Positions 58,020 to 64,000 of a DNA stretch of 64,000 nt are shown here, one piece after another. The DNA is from Candidatus Uhrbacteria bacterium. Lineage in GTDB: Bacteria > Patescibacteriota > Patescibacteriia > UBA9934 > GWF2-40-263. The stretch covers positions 111,466-175,465 of the forward strand of contig JACPHU010000002.1 in NCBI GenBank assembly GCA_016188495.1, in the 5' to 3' direction. Within the stretch, counting starts at the first letter, position 1; every line of letters starts with the position of its first letter. A program made the translations under genes and the position numbers. Under the pieces are notes generated by a model. That model was given only the letters and a program-made list of their open reading frames with translations. It was not told the DNA's origin and made no database searches.

Positions 58020-58039
58020 AAGGGGCATTGAAATTAAAT

Positions 58040-58080
58040 AACCACCAGATCCCGAAGGAGTCTGGTGGTTTTCGTTTTTT
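58040..58080 (+). terminator. Strong rho-independent terminator after the 1002-aa gene
   Basis: CCACCAGA-tcccgaaggagt-CTGGTGG + TTTTCGTTTTTT. Confidence 0.75.
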
Positions 58081-58227
58081 GCCTCCCTATACCCCGGGTG
58101 GCGGACCACGTTACTCGCAAGCAACATGGTGAGGGGTGAGTTGATGAGCCGCAGCTCTTCAACTCTCGAAGTCCTTAACCGCAGTTTTGGACCTCGGCCC
58201 TCTCTCCACCCGTAGGTGAGGAGAAGG

Positions 58228-58845
58228 CTAGCTATTGATCAGATCGATTGACTTCTGGACGGCACTGGTCATGCTGTCGCAGATATACACGTTGGGGTAA
58301 TCCTTGACCAGATCGCTCAGATACGACCGCATCCGGTTGGCATCCTTGAGATCTCGACCCAGAACCTCCTGGTTCTCGATCACGGTTCCCATCGGAATAT
58401 TCTCGATGGAGAGAACGACCGTTCGCCCGTCGGCTCCATACTTGAGAGCTTCCATGATCGAAACGCCGGCGCGAGTCTGTCCGTCGATGACGAACAGGAG
58501 CACCTTTGCCTCATCCTTGGCCGCGGCTTCGATTGCCACCAGTTCCGGTGACCAGTCGTCGACCTGGGGGTTGTAGAAGCTCACTCCAGCTTCTTCCAGC
58601 GTCGGAATGGCATAATCGAACCGCCAGGTGGTCGGGTTGCACGAGCCACCGAGAAACACAGAAGCATTCGAACCAGTAGCATTCTTCATCTCGTTTCCAT
58701 CCTTAGCAGGACTTTTTGTGAATAAACCTACCGTTGTCTGTCCCGCAATATGACGCGGGTAGGCACTGCTGCGACTCATCGTTTTTGGAGCACATGCTCT
58801 TTGACGATGACGGATGAGAATATCAGATTTTATCATTTTTGTCAA
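58228..58845 (-). CDS. Nucleoside 2-deoxyribosyltransferase-like protein (GC-rich island)
   Basis: 'SVFLGGSCNPTTWR' and overall size/pattern resemble the Nuc_deoxyribosyltransferase-like family. Visibly GC-rich. Confidence 0.55.
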   Translation of the reverse strand: MTKMIKSDILIRHRQRACAPKTMSRSSAYPRHIAGQTTVGLFTKSPAKDGNEMKNATGSNASVFLGGSCNPTTWRFDYAIPTLEEAGVSFYNPQVDDWSPELVAIEAAAKDEAKVLLFVIDGQTRAGVSIMEALKYGADGRTVVLSIENIPMGTVIENQEVLGRDLKDANRMRSYLSDLVKDYPNVYICDSMTSAVQKSIDLINS

Positions 58846-59088
58846 TAGTTTTAGACAGATGAAATATTTAGAACAAGCATATTTTGCTTTATTTAGTGAA
58901 AATTTTGACAGTTTTTTTAAAAGAAGTTATTCTTATAGTGGTTTATGACACAAACAAATGTTTCCATCTTCGTTCGCCGTTGCCGTTGTCTTTAAAGGAC
59001 GATACGCGGGTTTGTGATTTTAAATTCCTGTAACGTCGTCCTGTTTGGGCGATTTTTTGTTTGTCCAACCAGCAAAGGAGAAGAGATC

Positions 59089-59598
59089 ATGGCTCTCACA
59101 TGCCTGTTTCCTGCACCTATTTCTAAAGGTGTATGGCACGTTCTTTCAACCGCTCTGGGTTACGAACCAAAGATTGATTCTGAACGGAATACCCCAGAGA
59201 ATCTACAGGACCTTTATCAACGTTCATTAGCAGCTCTGCTTATGGACGGGAATGTACCCGTTGGGTTTATTGCCGCTTGGCCTGTGGCAGAGGGATTTGT
59301 CGAGATCGGTTCCGTGTGGATTCATCCCGACTATCGTCATCAAGGGTTGAGTCATCAGATTTACGATGCGATACTTTTGCTTAAAGGTGTTGGCCAACAG
59401 ATCGCTTTTGGTGTCACAACCAATCCTATTTCTGTCCATGTTGGGCACCGAGTAGGGCTTGAAGTGATGGAGAATTGGGACACGCCTGTTCCTCGAAATC
59501 TGACCTGTGGACCCTGCGAATTAGTTCGTTCAGAAAATCAACCAACCTGCGAAAAACGAAATAAAACCTGCTGGTTACGCATCAGGAAGAATACGTAA
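59089..59598 (+). CDS. GNAT-family N-acetyltransferase
   Basis: Motif A-like 'IHPDYRHQGLSHQIYDA'; SD 'AAAGGAGAAG' upstream. Confidence 0.6.
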   Translation: MALTCLFPAPISKGVWHVLSTALGYEPKIDSERNTPENLQDLYQRSLAALLMDGNVPVGFIAAWPVAEGFVEIGSVWIHPDYRHQGLSHQIYDAILLLKGVGQQIAFGVTTNPISVHVGHRVGLEVMENWDTPVPRNLTCGPCELVRSENQPTCEKRNKTCWLRIRKNT

Positions 59599-59625
59599 AA
59601 GAGGGTACGCATCCCTCTTTTTTGT
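59597..59625 (+). terminator. Terminator after the GNAT gene, at the boundary to the GC-rich block
   Basis: AGAGGG-tacgcat-CCCTCT + TTTTTG. Confidence 0.7.
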
Positions 59626-59920
59626 TTCCTACTCTTGACAAAATCACTCTTTCTGACTAAGGTCCTGCTCTTCAGATAGGGCCCGTCTGATTCAAAACGT
59701 TTTCTTTAGGAGAAAACTGTTTCATGCAAAGGCCCTTCTGCAAGAAAGGGTTCTTTTTATTTTGCGTATACCATACACGCGTTTGGATCATTTCTGTGTT
59801 TCAGGGGGCTCCTGTGCACAGAAGTGATCCTCAGACGCGTCTATGGTGTACCTCAATCTTCGTGTGGTCGTTCCTGTCAGATCACGTGTAAGAATATTGT
59901 TCGACAGGGAGGGTACTTCA

Positions 59921-61783
59921 ATGAACCGATGGATTCGTTATGCGGTGTTGGCCCTGAGCGTGATGCTCTGGACCGCTTGTTCCAAGAATGAGCAGCAGAG
60001 CGCGGCTCCTGCCGCCAATGAAACAGCTGCGCAGAATCAGTCCGCTGCACCCAATGTTCCTGCTTCGACCGTGGGTATGCCCGGCGGGGCGAAGATGTCC
60101 GGAGAACCGGTTCAGGTTCCGTATATCACCTGGGGTGGGGATTATCCCTTCTTCTGGTGTACGGGCGGGCTGCAGACACGTGAAAACACGATTTGCGCCC
60201 AGTACAAGACCAACGTGAAGTTGGTTCCCGGCGACAATTTCCAGACGCAGCTGGCCGATTACAAGGCTGGCAAAAGTCCGTTCCTGCGGGGCACCTTCGA
60301 AATGGTGGGTGTTCACACTGCCGAGCTGTGTGGAAATGACGCCAATGCCTGTCCCGAGTTCGTCTTCCAGATGACTTGGTCGGCGGGCGACCATCTCGTG
60401 ACCCGCGAGGGAATCACAGACCTCGCTCAGCTCAAGGGGAAGACCGTCGCTTTGCAGAAGAGCGGACCTCACATGGGATTCCTCTTTGCGATCCTTCAGG
60501 ATGCCGGCCTCAAGTGGTCGGATGTGAAGATCGTCTGGGTGGATAATCTCTCGGGTAACGGATCTCCGGCTGAGGCTTTGCAGAAGAACGCGTCCGTGGA
60601 TGGGGTGTTCGTAATCACTCCGGATATGCTCGCTTTGACCGGTGCCGAAAGCACGGTCAAGGGAGCGCATGTCCTGGTGTCGACCAAGGAACGCCGTCGT
60701 ACGATCGCGGATGCCTACTTCGTGCGCCATGATTGGGCACAGGCTCATCAGGAAGAGCTCCGAAACTTCGTCGCTGCCTATCTTTACAGTATGGAAGCGG
60801 TGAAAGCTCTGCAGGAAGCCTATGACGGCTCCGGTTCCCCCGAGTATAAGGCTCTGATGAGTTTTACGCTTCAGGCCTTGCCGACTATTCCGACGTTCGA
60901 AGATGCCGATGGTCTGTATCGCGATGCAACGTTCGTCGGACATTCCGGCGCCGTGGCGTTTCTGGACGCGCAGAACAAGGAAGGGATCAACACCTTCGTG
61001 AGTCGCTCAAACGCGATTGCTCGAGAACTGAATCTCGCCACGAACGATTTTCAGATCAACGTGGCTCCTGTGGATCTGTCCCACGCCGTGTTCAACTCTC
61101 TCAAGACCAAAGGATTGGCGAGGAAGACAGCGTTCAATGCCGAAGCCACCCGTGCGCAGCTGGAGCAGATGACCAACCAGGGAACCCTGGGAAAGAACAA
61201 GTCTCTGTCCTTCAGTGCGGGGTATGCTCCCAACCAGACGACGTTCGATGCCAGCCAATACAAGGTTGAGTTCGACCGAATTCTCGAATTGATGGGAAGC
61301 TATTCGACGGCTCCGGTGGCGATTCGTTGTCATGCGGATACGCTCATTGCTGTAGGTTCGATGCTTCAGACAGGAATGGAAGCGGGAGTGATTTCCCGTC
61401 AGGGAACCTCTGGTAACTATTCCTACTTTATTGATGGAGTTCCTCTGGACATCACCAATGCCTCAAAGATCGGCGGATTGATCCATGATCCGAGGTTCAA
61501 TCAGACAAAGAACGCTGATGCACAGAGTCCAACGGAGATTGCAGGTGCGGCCAAGACGCTCACCGAAGAGCGATGCCGAAATGCTCGGGACTCATTCCTG
61601 GCCTATGCCAAGTCAAAGGGATCTAAGATCTCTGACGCTCAGGTCGTCGCTCAGGGGGTGGGAATTGGTGAACCTGTGGTTGTTCTCCCACGTTCGGAAA
61701 AGGAAACGGCTGCCAATCGGCGCGTCGAGTTTTCCGTCGTACGTGTCGAGGTAGAAGCCACTAACCCTAGTTTCGATTACTGA
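59921..61783 (+). CDS. Lipoprotein fusion: periplasmic substrate-binding (NMT1/SsuA-like) domain + C-terminal OmpA-like peptidoglycan-binding domain (GC-rich block)
   Basis: Signal + 'LWTAC' lipobox-like. 'LKGKTVALQKSGPHMGFLFAILQDAGLKWSDVKIVWV' is SBP-like. C-terminal 'AANRRVEFSVV' is the OmpA_C signature. SD 'GGGAGGG' upstream. Confidence 0.65.
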   Translation: MNRWIRYAVLALSVMLWTACSKNEQQSAAPAANETAAQNQSAAPNVPASTVGMPGGAKMSGEPVQVPYITWGGDYPFFWCTGGLQTRENTICAQYKTNVKLVPGDNFQTQLADYKAGKSPFLRGTFEMVGVHTAELCGNDANACPEFVFQMTWSAGDHLVTREGITDLAQLKGKTVALQKSGPHMGFLFAILQDAGLKWSDVKIVWVDNLSGNGSPAEALQKNASVDGVFVITPDMLALTGAESTVKGAHVLVSTKERRRTIADAYFVRHDWAQAHQEELRNFVAAYLYSMEAVKALQEAYDGSGSPEYKALMSFTLQALPTIPTFEDADGLYRDATFVGHSGAVAFLDAQNKEGINTFVSRSNAIARELNLATNDFQINVAPVDLSHAVFNSLKTKGLARKTAFNAEATRAQLEQMTNQGTLGKNKSLSFSAGYAPNQTTFDASQYKVEFDRILELMGSYSTAPVAIRCHADTLIAVGSMLQTGMEAGVISRQGTSGNYSYFIDGVPLDITNASKIGGLIHDPRFNQTKNADAQSPTEIAGAAKTLTEERCRNARDSFLAYAKSKGSKISDAQVVAQGVGIGEPVVVLPRSEKETAANRRVEFSVVRVEVEATNPSFDY

Positions 61784-61796
61784 GAAGGAGGATCAC

Positions 61797-62777
61797 ATGA
61801 ACGGATATAAATTTCTCCTTCGACTGTGTGTCGTGTTGGGGATTGTCAGTTTCTTTTTGATCCCGATGATGGTTGGTGCGGCCGATATTCATAACACTAC
61901 CGTGATTGTGCTGGACGGTTCCGGTTCCATGGATGAATCCATGAGGGATCAAGCGACAGGCCAGTCCGTCAAGAAGATGGATGCGGCCAAAAAGGCCCTC
62001 AAGGATGTTATTGCCAAGGTGCCGTCGGATACCCATGTCGGAATTCTGGTCTTCACAAGCGGTCGCATGGGATGGCTCACAGATCCACCTCTTGGACAGG
62101 TTCAGGAGAACATCTTTTCGGCTCTGGATCAGGTCAGTCCTGGAGGAGGAACTCCGCTGGGACTGGGTATCAAGAACGGAACGGACATGCTCCTACATGA
62201 TCGTCAGACACAGAATAATGTCGGGCGATATCAGTTGATTGTGGTGACTGATGGTGAAAATACACAAGGTCCAGGGGTGGATGAATATGCTCCGTTGGTT
62301 GCTCCTCGCGGCATCCGGATGGATGTGATCGGTGTGGCCATGCCCGGTGGTGCCACTCATCAGCTCGCACAGTGGGCCGATTCTTATCAGCCGGCCGATG
62401 ATGCTGTAAGTCTCCAGACCGCTCTTAAGAAAGCGATCGTGGTGGAGGCGGGCGGAAAGGATGCTCCGGCAGACTTCTCTGCTACCGCAGGGCTTCCGAT
62501 GGAGGTAGCGAAAGTCTGGCTTGCCGCGCTCTCACAGACTCCCCCCAATTATCCGTTGGGAGAGCAGCCTCCTGTGGAGACCAAACCGAATCCTGCCTCT
62601 GCCGCAGTTCCTGTTGCTGAGGCACCTCCCGCTCCTCCTGAATTGGTTCAGTCCAGCTGTAGCACAGCAGGAACCGGAACCATCGGGAGCGGTCTGACAA
62701 CGCTCATGCTCGTGATCATCATTCTGACGTCTCTGGTTTCCAGACGTCGACTGATTCCTGTTCGTATCCGGCGTTAA
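61797..62777 (+). CDS. Secreted von Willebrand factor A domain protein with C-terminal Cys-containing TM + Arg-rich tail
   Basis: MIDAS 'DGSGSM' and 'VVTDGEN'. Tail is 'SSCSTAGTGTIGSGLTTLMLVIIILTSLVSRRRLIPVRIRR'. SD 'GAAGGAGGA'. Confidence 0.75.
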   Translation: MNGYKFLLRLCVVLGIVSFFLIPMMVGAADIHNTTVIVLDGSGSMDESMRDQATGQSVKKMDAAKKALKDVIAKVPSDTHVGILVFTSGRMGWLTDPPLGQVQENIFSALDQVSPGGGTPLGLGIKNGTDMLLHDRQTQNNVGRYQLIVVTDGENTQGPGVDEYAPLVAPRGIRMDVIGVAMPGGATHQLAQWADSYQPADDAVSLQTALKKAIVVEAGGKDAPADFSATAGLPMEVAKVWLAALSQTPPNYPLGEQPPVETKPNPASAAVPVAEAPPAPPELVQSSCSTAGTGTIGSGLTTLMLVIIILTSLVSRRRLIPVRIRR

Positions 62778-62934
62778 CGCCACGATGTCCTTCTCGTTTC
62801 ACTTCATGTGAGTCTACGAAGGACTTTTTTCCTAAGGTCATCTCAGTAACATGAGTTGATCTGAGGCTGAAAAGAATACATTTGTTCTATAAGGTTTAAG
62901 TTCTCTTCAACTGAATAGAAAGAAGGAGAATTCG

Positions 62935-64000
62935 ATGGCTGACAATGAAACGCGGGCAATGCGTAATTTGGGAGCCGGTATTCTGGCTCTTATCTTGATT
63001 GTGGTCCTTGGAGTGAGTTTCAAGTTTTTGATCTATCCCAAGTTGCAGTCTCGTCTAGTAGAATCTACCAGTGCAACAACAAGTTACACTTCGCAGATAA
63101 CCGTCTGTGGCGATTCGTTCGCCGGCTATGCCGTCGTGCGTTCGCCTGCCATGAAGCGTGAGCTCGCCTCCAAAGGGATTCGTCTCAATTGGAAAGATGA
63201 TGTAGCGGACTACGGCGCGCGCGCAAAGGCTGTGCGTGCCGGAGAGTGCGATTTCGCGGTCAATACCATCGACGCGGATCTGGTGACCGGACAGGATTTG
63301 GGAGAGTTTCCCGGTTCCATTATTTTCATCATCGATGAGAGTCATGGCGCCGATGGCGTGGTCGCCTACAAGACGGCCGTACCCAATGTCCAGGCACTCA
63401 ATCAAGCCGGAACCAAGATCGTCGTGACAGCAAATTCACCCAGTGAAACTCTGGCGCGGCAGATGATCTCGGGCATGCTTCCCATGCTCGCCAACGATCA
63501 ACATTGGCTGGAAGCGGCTGATGGTGCAGAGGCTGTCTATAAACAGCTCATCGGTACCAAGCCCAATGAGCGCAAAGCATTCGTTTTGTGGGAACCCTGG
63601 CTTTCCAAAGCTCTCGAAATCGACGGCGTTCAGAAGATCTACGATTCATCCGCCACTACAGCGACAATTGTTGATGTGATGACGGTGAATCGAAGTTATC
63701 TTTCCGAACGTGCCGATTTGGTGAACTTTTTCACTCAGGCCTATTTCAGGAATCTCTGGTCCTATACCAGTCAGCCTTCTGGACTCAGGGATCTGGTGAT
63801 CGAGGACGCCCAGGAGCAGGGAAGCAAGCTCATCAACGATCAGGCGCTTGCTATCGTGACAGGAATTCGATGGAAAAATACTTTGGAGAATTATGCCCAT
63901 ATGGGTCTGGTCCCCAGGTTTGAAGCCAAAGGCATTCCCAACATGGAAGACATGGTTTCGGGAATTTCTCGATTCTTGGTTCGCACAGGCAAACTTGCGA
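62935..64000 (+). CDS. Membrane-anchored NMT1/SsuA-like ABC-transporter substrate-binding protein (3'-truncated by window edge)
   Basis: ORF runs off the window end (not in the ORF track). SD 'AAGGAGAA'. N-terminal TM, then an SBP-like domain similar to the N-terminal half of the 59921 protein. Confidence 0.6.
   Translation, partial: MADNETRAMRNLGAGILALILIVVLGVSFKFLIYPKLQSRLVESTSATTSYTSQITVCGDSFAGYAVVRSPAMKRELASKGIRLNWKDDVADYGARAKAVRAGECDFAVNTIDADLVTGQDLGEFPGSIIFIIDESHGADGVVAYKTAVPNVQALNQAGTKIVVTANSPSETLARQMISGMLPMLANDQHWLEAADGAEAVYKQLIGTKPNERKAFVLWEPWLSKALEIDGVQKIYDSSATTATIVDVMTVNRSYLSERADLVNFFTQAYFRNLWSYTSQPSGLRDLVIEDAQEQGSKLINDQALAIVTGIRWKNTLENYAHMGLVPRFEAKGIPNMEDMVSGISRFLVRTGKLA

Overview
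This 64 kb window looks like a low-GC bacterial chromosome segment (roughly 40-45% GC by eye, standard genetic code, ATG/GTG/TTG starts). Its gene content resembles a reduced-genome, CPR-like organism. I see cell-envelope glycosylation genes (GT-C-like membrane proteins, CDP-alcohol phosphatidyltransferase, dTDP-sugar genes rfbB/rmlA-like/rmlD-like), cell division genes (ftsE, ftsX, ftsB-like, rlpA) and peptidoglycan genes (murE-like, murI). There are also nucleotide/cofactor salvage genes (LOG, Nudix x2, NMNAT, PRTase-like, nucleoside deoxyribosyltransferase-like, Nudix-CobO fusion), a class II (B12-dependent) ribonucleotide reductase, translation/DNA housekeeping genes (HU, hflX, rpmB, rpsU-yqeY, recQ C-terminus, Pif1-like helicase, ABC-F) and four tRNAs (Thr, Gly, Gln, Pro). 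Several things are not explained by ordinary annotation. (1) A family of at least five GC-rich palindromic repeat elements (70-160 bp) has copy-specific but internally complementary outer stems; two copies abut the 5' ends of tRNA genes. (2) A 33-nt exact repeat at two gene ends (with a partial third copy) and ~45-bp direct repeats bracket a 1.85 kb segment. (3) The tRNA-Gln locus carries an inverted tRNA 3'-end fragment, a 29-bp perfect palindrome and an array of CAGATCCGG motifs. (4) The window is compositionally heterogeneous: several single-gene islands and a terminal 4.4 kb block (lipoprotein SBP-OmpA fusion, vWA protein with a C-terminal sorting-like tail, second SBP) are visibly GC-rich (about 55-60%), suggesting HGT or a chimeric assembly. 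(5) A 1002-aa protein with a C-terminal LOG/SLOG-like Rossmannoid domain lies convergent with a nucleoside 2-deoxyribosyltransferase-like gene. No CRISPR array, rRNA or obvious transposase was seen. All functional calls are from motif recognition by eye, without database searches.
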